DNA of 64,000 nt. Origin: Schmidtea polychroa. Lineage: Eukaryota. Below the pieces are notes generated by a model, which ran no database searches, had not been told where the DNA came from, and saw nothing but the letters and a program-made list of their open reading frames with translations. Below are positions 44,852 to 59,400 of the stretch, in pieces. Position 1 is the stretch's first letter. Each line of letters begins with the position of its first letter. The stretch is taken from positions 148,738,001-148,802,000 of the forward strand of contig CM097886.1 of assembly GCA_044892525.1 (NCBI GenBank), in the 5' to 3' direction. The position numbers and the translations under genes are program-made.

Positions 44852-46967
44852 TCACAGATTTTCTGGATGACTAAAGAATGCGTTCCGTTGAATTACCGGG
44901 TCAACAACTTTCTTCAGCTCGTCTGTGAGGTAGCGTGATTTCAGTATCGTACTGTGGACATGTCGAGCGCCGTCTTTACACGAAGGGGTATTCTTTATTT
45001 CAAACCATGCAGGTGCATAAACTGTTACGATGAAGGTAGCAAGCGTCTTTAGTTCATCCGACGGGCTTCTTGTGGCAACATACAGACGTAGTATGCGATT
45101 AGCCGTGGTTAACCATCTCGAATGATTGATAAGACCAGGATTGCGAAGTGAATGGTCGACAGGACAAATACCAACACTTACAGCAGTACACAAATCGAAC
45201 AGGTATTTCTGATCTGTACTTAAATCGTCGGAATTTGCACTTGACGGTAGAACACAGTTTATCGGCATGTAGTCAACGATGGGAAGCTTCTCACAATTCA
45301 ACAATGACTTTCCAATGGGACCAGAAAATCCTTTTGGACCATTGGTAGGTCCATCGAGATACTGAAACAAATGTCTTAACGGTAATTCGTTTGCATGCAA
45401 CTGACATACGAACCACTGTAGCGGTCTGTGTAACGTCACTTCAAGTAATCGAATGATGCCTCCTCGAATGCCCGTATTAGTGGCTGTCCCATCACAACCT
45501 ATTGCTTTTATGCCACTCGTGTCAACATTTCTTTTATTCAAATATGCAATCAACTCAGCCGTGATAACTTTGCTTGACCCTGCAGTTGGTGTAATGTGAC
45601 CGAAATATGTAGCTCCTGGTTCGGTTATAATCGATATATGTTCTTCAGTTATTATTTTTCGATGAAATTTACCATCGCATTCTTTAATTTGGGTCATTGT
45701 ATTGTCTTTTCTGCCGTCAAAATATAACCCAGTGATTGTGTTACTGACTTCGGCACATAATGCGCCACGCTTATTACAACGTTCTCGACGCACTTTACTT
45801 CTGTCAATCACTTTAGAAACATCATGTTCGTCGATTATTCCAACATCTTGAAGAACAGCACTGGCGATTCCTGCTGCCGCCCTGTTGGATACGCCATGTC
45901 GATCACACGCTAAAGCCAACGACGGTAGCTTAACTCTCATCTGCTTGTCATTCAATTTTCGCTGTTGTTTAATTTGGCTTATACAATCGTCATCAGAGTC
46001 ATCATCGCCGGTATCCATTTCCTCTTCCATTCCAGAAATCTCGTCACAGACATCCGATTGTTTATCACCGATGTCATCAATGGCAGATTTGGTACACATC
46101 TGCCTCTGTGTCGACTCTTTACGGATATACCGCTTTTGTAATATACTGGATTCAAACTCATCAACTCCAGCTATTATCATACAGCGTGAACCCCGCTGAT
46201 CTTCTAGAAAGTCACGTTCAATTGTGGGTATCTTTCTTGACTTCTCACAGTGACACTGAGACATACAAGAGCACTTGCAGGAGCAAATGTCAAAGAGTTT
46301 AATCGATTCATCTTTAAACTGCGATATTTTCTCTCTGTATGGTTCTGAGTCCTTCCTAGATTTATACGGCTTCAGCAATTTCATGAACGTCTTGTGGTAC
46401 ACGTTCAACATTTCATGAACACGGCGGTGGCTTACATGTGGTATGGAAGCTTTGTCCCATATTTGTTCTACTTTCATTGACACTGTTTCTGCCACGTTGC
46501 GATGTGAAGGATCTTTATTGTTCAATTCGCATTTCAGTCTCTGCTTTGTCAGGTTGTAGAATTTCATAACATCTGCATAAGTCGGTAGTTGATTGTCGGG
46601 CATCTCGGATGGACCACCAAAGATGACACAAGACACTTTCTGGTTACAGCCATTGCAACTCTAAAAAGGAAAACCAGAGGAATTTAAAATCCATAGTGTA
46701 TGGGTGGCAAATATTTTGCTATTAAAAGTAATGAAAATATTATTTAAATGCCATCAATGACTTCAATAATATGTCAATAATAGCAAATACATTATCGTTT
46801 TCTTATCAATGGTTACATTTTAAAGTTGGTTGTGGAACCTCAAGACATTATTTAAATTATTGTTTTTCTTTACAGAGTACTTCATTGGACCTCATAGCAA
46901 GTTTTTATAACTATCCAAAGTCTACTAAGTCAAAAAATTTTTTTTCGGTCATTTTCACTCCACCCTA
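44852..46967 (-). mobile_element. hAT transposon, probably hATm group; 5' end intact, 3' truncated; 594-aa open transposase
   Basis: Terminus TAGGGTGG at 46967; motifs YFDGRKDNT, GCDGTATNTG, CQLHANELPLRHLF, RWLTTANRILR, IQRNAFFSHPEN. Natural ATG at 46653 is offset from the main frame; homology stops abruptly at ~44855. The subgroup call is from recalled motif style. Confidence 0.8.
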
Positions 46968-47493
46968 CTCAACAATCACCAGAAAATACCGATAAAGCCA
47001 TAAGATAATCATACGTGGTCATATTTACCTGAAAAGCCATGCAAATTTTTTGACTTGACCTTTTCAAATTATTTGACAAAAGCAAGAATCACATTTTTAT
47101 TTAAAAAATAATTTTTATTATTTTTTTCATTATAATTAAAATCATTACTATAATATTTTCATACTGAGCCACGCATAGATTTAAAATATAATTGGATTCA
47201 TCTTTAACTTTAGATTTGCTTTTAGCTTTAATTTTCTTTTCCTTCCTCGGAAAAAATTATTGATTATATATTGATTATATATAAATTTTACACTTGAATT
47301 TTATTATTGATTCTATATTAAATTTTATTTCTCTCTGTACTCTATTGCTCAATCCAAATAAAAATAATTTTTGTTTTGCCATTTTATCCTGAAAATCAAA
47401 ATAGAAAAAATCAATAAAATAAAATGACAAAATCACATGAAAATATAAATATTTCATCGAAATTAAAGACAATCGATAATAGATAATAACCGA

Positions 47494-50400
47494 TCAATTT
47501 ATGGCATCGAAATATGTTTTCATAATACTTTCATAAATTTTTACATCTTTATCCAAAAATAATGTAAAAATGATTCGATGAACCTGAGAAATGATTTACT
47601 GTTTGATCGATAAGAAAAATAATAAATTTTACCAATTTGCCATAATCTGAACGCATAAATTCAAACACGGTTTCAATTGCAACATTAGCTGCAGATTCAT
47701 TTGGGTAGCCTGAAGCCAATTAATTATCAAATTGATACGGAAATGTAATGAGAGAAAAAACCATAAATTCCAGTAGACACGCAAGGGAAAGCTATTGTCT
47801 GTAAATTATATGATTTCATAAGCTCAAGACATGATTTGTAACAAGATTTGAGCATGATAGGATTCTCACCAATTGGACCGACAGTATGAATAACATCTGA
47901 AGAAAAGTGCAAAAATTAAAAATAGAGTTCGAATTTTTAAATTATTAACTGGATTAGTTAAATTAACAAAAATCCAGATAGGAGCCTAATAATTACAGAA
48001 TTTATCTTTACCAAACCCATCCCAAACTGAGTACCGGGATTCCCAATGAAACTAAGTTTGCCTTAAAATTTCAAGAAAAATTCAGTTAGGAAGTTTTTAT
48101 GCTAGTCTGTAAAAAAGCGATTCAATAGCAGATTCAATTTTTTAATCATTTGAAAAGCGATGGAATAAGTTTTATCACTTCGAACTTACGATTAAAATTA
48201 CCATTGCACCATAATTTTCTTGGGCATTTCGATTGCTTTCAGACGAGAAATTATTTAGGTTTTAATAGCTATGGTACGCAGTGGCGGCTTGTCCATATAT
48301 GCAAAGCATGCATTACTTGCACTTCAATTTTGAGAAATTCTATATTTTAAATTCTTAATATCTTTTAAAAAAACTTTTGGCTAGTAAAGACAATTTTTAT
48401 GGTTTAGTAATTAAAGAATTTTGTAGAAAAACAAGAATTGATCAAATTCACTTGAAAAAGGCAGTGCCGAAAATTCGTGATTATCAAAAAACATCGATAT
48501 ATTACTGATTTATAGTCTTCAAGCTCTCTTTTTAATAAAGAAGAATTGAGTTTTTTAATTTAAGACCATAAAGGATTGTTAAATTTGGAAACACGACATG
48601 TAATGTAATTAATTGGTTTTAATAATATAATTTCTTTGTTGGGATTAAAATTTTGGTTTGTGACAAGAATTTATTATTAATTTGGATATTTCAAATAGAT
48701 ATATGAGCAAGATGAAAACATTTCAACTGTTCTTACTAATTACAATTCTATGGCAATAATTATTACTTCTATGGAGTTAAATGTTTTATGGAAGGAAATT
48801 AGACGGCTATTATTGTAAAATGAGGTGATATATTTTCATAGTTTCAATTTGACCGAATTTTTTCACTAGAAAGTGAAAGCTCTTTTAATGGAAGCAACAG
48901 TATTTGATAGATTAACTGATTCAACATTCCGAGTAATCATTTAAAATTTGGGAAAAACATGGAAAAAATTCATTCAAGTTTTATTCAAATAATATTTTCC
49001 TCGAATTTAATTGGTAATTTTTCGGAAAAGTAATTAAAAAAATCAAAATACCAGTAAGATAATTACAAATTTGTTTAGAGCAAAATTATTTATGTATTGT
49101 TGTTATTATTGAATTTGTTTGAGATACATTTGAAAGTATCAACAAGGAAATTTTTAAATACGGTGGAAGTGTTTATCAAGTTAGAAAGATGTAAAAACTG
49201 CTAGTCACATCATAACTTGCCGAGAAATTTATATTTTCATTATAAATAATAGGAAGGTTATTTCGAAAGATGAATATAAATATATTGTGAGCAAATATTG
49301 GATTAACGATTTCCTGAAACGAGGGAAAAACAAAATTATCAGAGTATTAAAAATATGGAACATGAAAATTTTTATGATCTGGAATATGAGGAATATCTAA
49401 AGAAATTAGCGCATTTAAGTAAATTCCCCACAAAAAAACAAATAACAACGTTGGGCCAAAACTGATTTTAAACCCACGTAGATGAAACTTGACAGAAATG
49501 CGTCGGAAATAGCTTGCTACAACAATAAGTGAAGTCAAATTCAAAAGACGTCAAAACATCGATTAAACATATTTATAAAGAATTCAAATAACACGGAAAA
49601 TGATAGACACAAAACTAAAGTAAAATAAAACAAAAGCAAGAAATATTACACGAAACCAACTTAAACACAGAACCGATACATAACATAAGTGAAAAAATTT
49701 TAAATAATGACGAGAAAAGAAAAGATTTCCACAATACAAAATGTACTTAACAATATCAAAATTATCCATAAATTCGTTATTTTTCTTTTTAAAGTGCATA
49801 AAACATGTTATCAACTGGCTTGAAAATGTCATGAAATATTGAACAGCAAATGTAAAATTATAAACTTTGATTATGTTACTAAGGAGCATTTTAGTTCCGT
49901 TAAAATTAAGGATTGCAAATTTATCCGTAATACACAAAACTACTGAGCTTTTAAATAAAGGTAAACTACTGAAAGTCTCAATTAAATATTCGCAATAGCT
50001 CTTAAAGAAGATTCCAATTATGCCTGTCGTGTACGAGTTGAATTCCAGGTATGTTTGGTTCCCATTAGCGAACCATGGGCAGTTTCAAATTCGTCTTGCA
50101 CAATGAAAATTTTAACAAAAAAAAATTATATTACTCTTATTGGGTGGACGAGATCCTGGTTATAATATTGCCTATAATATCGTGTTGCAACTGAAATAGC
50201 AATTATTTCCAGTTAATGTGAAATTTTTGGAACTAGATTTAACTTGGGACTGATTACTAGTGGGTTATTTACTATCGGGTATGAAATTTTTAATATTTAT
50301 TCTAGATAAGCTGATCTGAGAAAAATTCGAATAGGATTGTTTAATATTATTGGAAGTATGGGATGTATTGTGGCTATTATGATGTTAGTTGGTCGATCTC

Positions 50401-53400
50401 GAGGACGATGTAAACGAATGGAAGCAGCACAATCTATATATGAAAAATGGGTAGTTTAGTCTTTTGTTCGTTACGATTATAGTTATTAAGGGGATATGAA
50501 AGGCTCGGTGACCGGATATGTCGTGATACTACAAATATCAATCAGCTTTACTCCAACCGGCTATGATACGACCATCTGATCATTTAATACGATGATTATC
50601 ATATGATATTGAGATGGGTAAATTGTTGTTGTTCCGAACTGACACCAATAGTTTTGTAGATGGATAGCGAGCGGTTGCAGTTCGTGGGAGCCAATTGAAG
50701 CCGACACCGATTTAGCAAAAAATATAAGTAAAAAGGATTCTCCTGGTACGAGGCTATTACCCGGTGCAATCGAGTGATTTTAAAATTGGAGAATTAGTGT
50801 CTTTTTTAAAGCTTTTCCAATGTGTAATATAATCTTTCATGTCCCATCCTCATTTTCTTTAGCATTTCACTAGATCAGCACTGGCTAACCTTTTTCAAAT
50901 TGCGTGCCAATGTTTTAATAACAAAAACATTCTCGTGTGCCAAGAAATTTTTTTGATTAATGTGCGTTATACTGTGCAATTAAAAAGTAATTAAAATCCA
51001 ATTAAAAGTGATATAATTCAAATGACAAAACACTAATGGAAATAACAAAATTCTTATACAAATGTTTACATAAGAACAAATTTAATGTAATTTTGCTGTT
51101 GTATGGCAGACGATAAAAGTTTTATATCTGGAGAATATTTTGTATTCTTCAAAGCTACACAAGCTGCACTCAAATCGTCACACAAACAGTTTCTGATGTC
51201 TGATTTTATAAAATTCATGGTTGAAAACAACGATTCGCACGATTAACTAGATGAGAAAATCGACAAAATTGCCACAGCTACTTTTTTCACAGAATTGAAA
51301 GTTTCAGGTAGGTCATTGCAAACGTTCAGAATCTCATTTTCAGCTGATAGCTGTGGTTTTAATCCATTACAGCGATCATGTACAGTTATTTCTAGTAAGC
51401 TTGTAAGTCAACAAACTTTTGCTTCCAAATTGAGCTGGACTGTAGCTCAACTAACTGCATTTCAAAAGCTTGTAATTCCATCCAGTCAAACATTGTTAAA
51501 TATCAATTTTCAAAATCGACTGTATCTCGATATTTTATAAATTTTGCTGTGTCTTCAAAGTTTCTAAACTGCACAAAATGCACTGAAAATTGTTAAAGTG
51601 TTGCGTTGATTATCTCTAAAAATACTAAGATCTGAGTTTCTTTAAAAACTGTTTCATAGATTTATATATCAGTATAAAACTTTTTATGTCTTTGAAAATA
51701 TTGAAACTCTTGTTTCTCCAAATCAAGTTTGAAATTTTTCAACTTCTTTTCACATACGGTTATAATGTCAAAAGCATCATCAACGGTTTTTCCAAAACCT
51801 TGCAATTTAGTGTTAAGTTCATTTAGATGCAATGTAAAATCTGTAAAAAGCATTAATCAGCTGAGCCAATCAACATCAGTTAATTATGAATATTTCTGTT
51901 TGCTACCATCCATAAAAATTCGAATTTCATTAAGGCATTCCACAAAACGTTCCAGTACACGACCTCTGCTAAGCCATCGAACACTATTGAACATAGAATA
52001 AACTAATTTAACAGTAGCTCAAATTTTCTCTTATTCAAAGCACGTGCAGTAATGAAATTTACTATTTTTGTTACAATTTTCATAAAATCTTCAAGTTCCG
52101 TCAAACCGGATTTTGCACACAGAGCTTCTAGGTGCACATTACAGTGAAATGCTACCAGTGGTTGTCCAACATATTTTGTAAACAAATTCACAAAACCTGC
52201 ATCTTCTCCAATCATACTTGGTGCATTATCAGAGTTTCAGAGATTATTTTTTGTACATCTACATGCTACAAAATCACTCTCCACCCTATCCTCATCTAGC
52301 GAAAGAATAATAGAAAATAATTTATAAATTCAATCATTTTCAACAGGCCTATTGTCCGATTCGGAGTAAACGGTGTGTATAATATTTTCACAATAAAATC
52401 ATGCTGAAGTGTATTATTGCGATTTCAATGTTTTCATATTACTAAACTTAACTCAAATGTATTTTATCGCAAGATTATGGCGTGCCATGGGTTCGCCAGC
52501 GCTGCACTAGATGAACGGATCGACTATTATCTTGCATCCCCAGCTGCCAATGACTCAAATTGTTTTCATAATAAAGATTTGTTTATGAAAATAATCTTCT
52601 TATTTAGCGGGAATTGGTGAGCGACGATTAATTCATAATGTCTCGTCGAGTTTTGCAATAGCTAGTTTGACGGTGATGTGTAATTAATGAGTAGGTTTGA
52701 TAAATTTTTGCTAAATGTTTACCAGGTGGTGCAGATTCTTACTTTCCGATGATTATGTTAGGATCTGATCTGGTGGAATAGATATTTTCCTAACACAGAC
52801 TGACATATCTGACTCCAAAGATATATAATATATGTGCGTGTAATAAATAACACTATTTTGATATTACACCAAACAATCAAAATGTTGCACTTTTACGTAT
52901 GGCAAAAAAGGTTTTTATTAAGATAATATCTAATTTAACTATAGAAGGCCTTATTTTTGGTGTAATTTTCACTTTTCCTCAGATTTTCATTTTTTTTACT
53001 GCACGTGCACAAATAACTGTCGATATGATTTCAAAATCTTAGAGAAAATATTATTACAGAATAGTAGTAGATTTTTTTAAGTTTTGAAATAATAAATTTT
53101 TAATCAGTAAAAAGTATACATTTTTGTTATATTTTTCATTATATATGGGCCACATATGATGTCAGACCTGGGCCTCCAAGTGGCTCTAACAGGCTCTGAT
53201 GACAATTACAACATAAGCCCAAGCAATTTATTCCATGCAATTAAAATTGTCATCAAAGCAAGTTCTTCTTTAAACAGCTCCACTCAAAAAATAACCAATG
53301 ATAAAGTAAAAAATTTAAAAGAAGTCTGAATGATTTACAGAAATTCATTCAAAAGAAAACTCTACAAAAGACTTTAGATGATTTTTTAAATAAAAAATTG

Positions 53401-56400
53401 TCTTTTCTTAATAATTTCATCATTAATCTTGCGATCATATAGACCAGGGATGGCGAACCTTTTTTTGACTGCGTGCCAATAAATATTATTTTTATAAAAT
53501 GAAAATACATGCGTGCCAATACAAATTATTTTTATTAAATGAAAATACATGCTTTTAAAAATTATATATAGATTCATTTCTATAATATGCTGACATGTTT
53601 TTTAATGGGATTTTTGTTGCTGAATATTTCTCGATAATGCATCAATATCCGGATCATAGTTTGACAATTTTAATGAAATACAAGCCTCCCCACATTCATC
53701 GGTAAGTCTGTTTCGTACATCAGATTTTATATTATTCATAATCGAAAATAGACTTTCACAGCTATACGTTGATGAAAATATTGTTAGAATAGCTAAAGAC
53801 AATTTCTTCATCGCATTAAATGTTTCTGGGAGCGAACACCATGTCTTCAACAACATATTATTCATGTTTTCGTATTCTTCTTCATTTAATCTTTTTTTTT
53901 CATTATTTTCTATTTCTTGCCTTAACTCTATAAATTTCAGCTTCCAAATAGAACTTGATTGAAACTCTGCCAACTGCATTTCTAAATTCTCCAACTGTAA
54001 CCAGTCTAATTGATCAATTTTAGCAGTTTCCATATCAAACTTGTCTGGATATTTAATAAAGTTAATTAATGGTTGAAATTTTTTGAAATCTTGAAATCTA
54101 TTAGCAAAATTGTCTTGTATGTCACTTATAACTTGGCTATAAAAATTTATATTAATTTCATAGACTCCATGAATAAAAAATTTTTGAAGGTGATCTTTCA
54201 ACAAAGGAAAATACTTAAAATTATTGTTGTCAATATCGCGTTTAAATATTACTAATTTGGACTCAAAACCTTCAATAATATCGAACATTACATCAATTGA
54301 TTTTTCCGGGACCTTGCAATTTAATATTTAATTCATTTAAATGGTTGGAAATATCCGTTAAAAACATTAATTTGGTGATCCAGTTATTATCAAAAAGTTC
54401 AGGAAATTCGGTTTTTTATCATTAAGAAACATGATAATTTCATCAAAACATTCTACAAAACGTTGTAACACAAATCCTCTACTAAGCCAGCGTACGTGAT
54501 TAAACATTAACAATCCATGATAATTTTAACCTACCTCTTGTAGAAGCAACTGAAATTGCCGCTTATTCAAAGCTCGAGCTGCTATAAAATTTATTATTTT
54601 GGAAACAATACTTAAAATATCATCAAATGCTGCCAATCCAGACTTCGCACATAGAACTTCTTGATGAATTATACAATGAAAATTAATAATTGGATGCCCA
54701 ACGTGTTCTTGAAAAAGAGATACAAAACCAGCTTGCCGTCCTATCATTGAGGGAGCTCCATCAGTTGTAATTGACACTATTGTTGATGTATCTATCTCAG
54801 CTATTTGAAACGTTTTTATAACTGCATCACTAATATCTTTCCCAGTTGTTTTTGCTGATAAGGAAACTAATGAAAGCAATTCCTCAACTATTTTTTCTCC
54901 TTTAGCATAACGAGCAATTATGGACAAGCGAGCTGAAGATGTTACGTCGGTACTTTCATCAAGACATATAGAAAATAGCTTTGCTGAACGTATATCATTT
55001 ATTTTTTTAATATTAATATTTTTATGCATTTTTAATATCCTGTCTTTAACAGTATTTCGACTTATACTTAATTCTTCAATGCGCTTAAGTATCTGCTCTT
55101 TATTTTGAAAATCTTCAAATAAATGTGGTGCACATTTAATGAAAGCTTCTTTAATATAATCTCCATCGCTAAATGGTTTGCTATGAGTAGCAATAGTCTT
55201 GGAAACCTCAAAACTAGCAGCAACTAAATAATTTGTATGTTTCAAAAATGTAGTGAATGAGTTTGATTGGAATTTTTTATTTTTAACTTCACGTGCAATA
55301 TATTCCTTTTGTTCTGAATCACTTTTAGATAAAAGAAATGAATGAGTAGTTTCATAATGACGTTTTACTGAGGATGTTCTGCACACTACTGTATTTCCAC
55401 ACAACGCACACAGGGCATTGTTATTGCTTCATTTTCATTCCATATTTATCAGTCCACCAATCTTGAAATGGTCTGTTAGAGCTGGCCTCTGTTTTCCTTT
55501 TCTTATTTTCTGACATTCTAAAGTTGAAACATATTATTTATTTATCATTAAAATTGTTAATGAATTACCTTTTGAAATCAATTATAATTGTCTTCTAAAA
55601 ATATAAATAGATTTTTTTATTAGCAAAAAATAATACTAAAATAAGAAAACACAATTTTCAATCGCACTTACAAAGTTTTTAACTGAACTGAATTAGAATT
55701 AGTGAATTTCAATTTTGGCGAGAATGCAAATATTAAAACAATTTTCAATCGTACTTACAAAGTTTTTAACTGAACTGCATTAGAATTAGTGAATTTCACT
55801 TTTGGCGAGAATGCAAATATTCATATATATATGTATGTATATATTTGAAAATCCAAAGCATACTATATTCATTTTAACATTTTTTTTATATTTAAAATTA
55901 CATGTTCATACTTGTACATACCTATACCTACATACGCAAATAATATAATTATATTTTAACGTTATGAATAAAGGCGCCAGAAATCTGGAAGTTCGTTTTT
56001 AAATAACAAAATTTATGCATTAAATTTGAATTGAGTTCACAATTTTTTCAATATCAAAAATGCATTTGGATTAGTCAGTACATTACATATGTATGAAAAT
56101 GAAAAATATTATACGTGCCAGCGAAAATTTATCTGCGTGCCACTTTGGGCATGCATGCCATAGGTTCGCCATCCCTGATATAGACTTTAAATTCCTTCAT
56201 TATCCGAATTAATTCACTATCCGAAAGGTAATCGATTTCTAATTTTTCGTATTAATGAAGGTTGACTGTATAGTAATTTAAACATACTATTATTATTTAT
56301 AATTTATTCTAATTAAATAATACTATTATTATATTTATGATATTTTTTAGTAATTTTTATTATTATAATTATCATCCTAGCCCTTATATGGTTAATGATG

Positions 56401-59400
56401 ATGGCTACCCCAACCCCAACAATTTCACAAAAAGAAAATCGTGACTAAAATTCACAAGTTGTCTTGCGTTTTAGTTAACTAGTGACTGAAAATGCGTCCG
56501 TATATATACCCTAATTTTTGGGTACGAGTATGTGTTCGTGCATTGATTCAGTAACATAAATTTTAATTATTTTAGTTCTTTTTATATTTTTAATTAATTT
56601 TGCCGCCATGGTGGATATGGGCGTCTTCTAGAATATTCTATGTTGTTTCAGAGATTTTATTAAATAACTCCTATTTATTTTAATTCTTATATTATTCCCG
56701 GTTAATTTTTTGCTTATTTATTCTTAGATTTTTAACTTCTACTAGATACTTGGCGGCTATGATGAATTTCTCCATTTTTATAGAATATTCTAGTTTTTGT
56801 TCCTTTCTATTGCAAATATTTTATCCCTACTTCATTTTCTGATGTTATTTTGTGGAAATTTTTCTAATTTCCATTCATATCTCTCCTTATCGTCAATAAT
56901 TCGAAATTTCTTATTTCTTATGTATTTATGTTGTGTTTGAGTGGATTCTATTTAGTTGTTTAATTGATATTTGAACGTGTTTGAGTTTAACTAAACTTGA
57001 TGTTATGTTTGAGTGTTACGTCTCGACGTTTTTTAGTCACGATACCTGAGCTCAAAATCAATTTTATCCCAACACTATATATAACGACACATTTCAGTCA
57101 CAATTTAATCAAATTTGTGAATAAATTTTTGAACTAGATTTTGAAACCAAACAATTTTTTTAATACTGACAGTAAGAAGTTGTTTTGTATGTTTAATATT
57201 TCATAATTACATGATTGTACCCATAAGCTGATTTTTGTTTTTGTTTTCTACTCCAAACCAAATCACTTTTAAGGGTTATCACTCACTTGTTTACTTTTCC
57301 TTTTCAGCACACGGCCACCTAAAAATCTACAAGTCGATAAATTTACATATGATTATGACCTACGAGGAGTGGTAGTTGTTACTACATCATTTATTGGGGT
57401 AGTTTTTAATACGTCATGTATCGGTAAACTTCTTGTGAGCTATGTGGACGGTGGTTAGTGAAAGGCGGTAACTTACTGAACATTATGTTTCTACATTTGG
57501 TATGCCTCTGCATGTCCGTGCCATGCCTGAAACCGGTAAGTCAAGCAACCGCTGAATGCTGCGGACAAGAGTAAAATCGAGATATGAAGACCGGGATCTG
57601 TGTCAAGTTTTTAGTTTGTTCGTAGTTTCAAGGTTTTAATACATAACATTAAGAGCTCGTTACACTGGCATCCAATTGGCCTTTCAGATTTTCATTTTCA
57701 TCGTATTTATAGCAGACTAACAGTTTATGCCGACAACAAACCTAAACTTACATCTAAACTACACTACCTTATTGTATAGTGCACTAAGAGCTCGTTTCCT
57801 TAATGCTCGGTGGACTATGGGTAATGAGCATTTAAAATACAATAAATTCAAACTTTTAATGGATTACTGTAGTGTTGTGATTTTTATTATTATCATTTTG
57901 AATGAAATTTTAATTAAGATTTGTAATTATTATTTTTGTTATTATTTTGTTTATTATATTAAAAAAAAACTATGTAGTGTAAATGATTACTATAGAGAAT
58001 TACAAATTTATAATATAAAAAATAAAAAACAATACACCATTGACAAGTTGCCAAACAATCAACGAACAGAATTCACAGAAAACTAAACAATTAGCGAAGT
58101 GAAATTCTAATGTAGAATACGAAAAAAATTGAAAAGTTGAAATCACAGATCATTAGATAAGATTTTCATAAGATTAAATTCAGTAGATTGTTACATTATT
58201 ATTCGGGATTGGAATTATAACTATCAGTAAAAGAATTAAGTGCATTCTATTTTTAAACATATCTCGGAAGCCCAGAAAATCCAAACATTTATTTCAATAA
58301 AAGTTTTACTATTATTATTGTTTGTTATTTTACAATCCTTTAATATTTTTGTTAACATATATTACATTCAACACACATGCACCCCAGCAGTCCCGAAACA
58401 GATTTTAAAGGTGACTCTGATGGGCACTAGAAAATCTTCCACAACATACATATAATTAATTATTAACTGCAAAACACTAAGCAAAACATCACAACATAAT
58501 ATTTACAATGAAAAATGAGAGGAATTGATAATAAAAATCAAGTCATGTAAGGTTATCGTTCTTAAAATTATGCATAAACATGTCCCCGCGCCAAATTCAA
58601 ATATACAACAGTCAGACACTAATGCCTATTTACGATTATTATTTTTACGAGGGATGACCGAGAAGCCGCGCTGAAACGAACGGAAGTGCTCAAGGTACAG
58701 AAACTGGAAGGAAACTGAAGCGACGCCTCCGATAAATCGAGGCATTGCAGACACATGCAGCAAAAGATTAAGGAGATCCAACCCCTGAAGTTCAAACTCA
58801 AGTAACAATGAACCATCAACCTTTCATCGACCGGCACCTGATCGAGCAAGTGCTCGTCGACTCCATTCCTCGGTGTCCAACGCGAGTTAATCGTGCTTTG
58901 AGCAACACGGATGAACTGAACCACATTTCTGACAGTTAATTCATTATTGTATGTATATAGGAATAAAACGTGTACCGTGTGTGGTGTTTCTTATATTGAT
59001 TATCTCCCTAAAAGATTTCCTTGGTGTAATTATTAACTCACATAGTATTATAAGATACAAGACATATTTAGTAAATCTCGTGGGTTTGGCGTCATTGTAG
59101 TCTAGAAAATGTTATGAATATTGTAGTAAAATCCGTCAATTATATTCGAAAAAATAGTATGAACCATCATACATTTCAGAATTTCTTAAATGAAATTGAC
59201 GCAGAATATGAAGATATTATTTACTTTTCTGAAGTAAAATGGCTCAGTCGCGGTGAAGTTTTAAAAATATTTTTCGAGTTGAGACACGAGATTGAAATGT
59301 TTTTGACAACAAAAGAAAATATTATACGAGTTATCTAATTTTAAATGGATAAGCGAGTTAGCATTTCTTGTGGACATTACAACTTACTTCAATAAATTAA

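Larger units (their letters stand above)
53445..56177 (-). mobile_element. Full-length hAT (Buster/SPIN/GTF2IRD2-like) transposon, 2733 bp
   Basis: Perfect 16-bp TIR CAGGGATGGCGAACCT; perfect 8-bp TSD ATATAGAC (nnnTAnnn). Confidence 0.95.
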
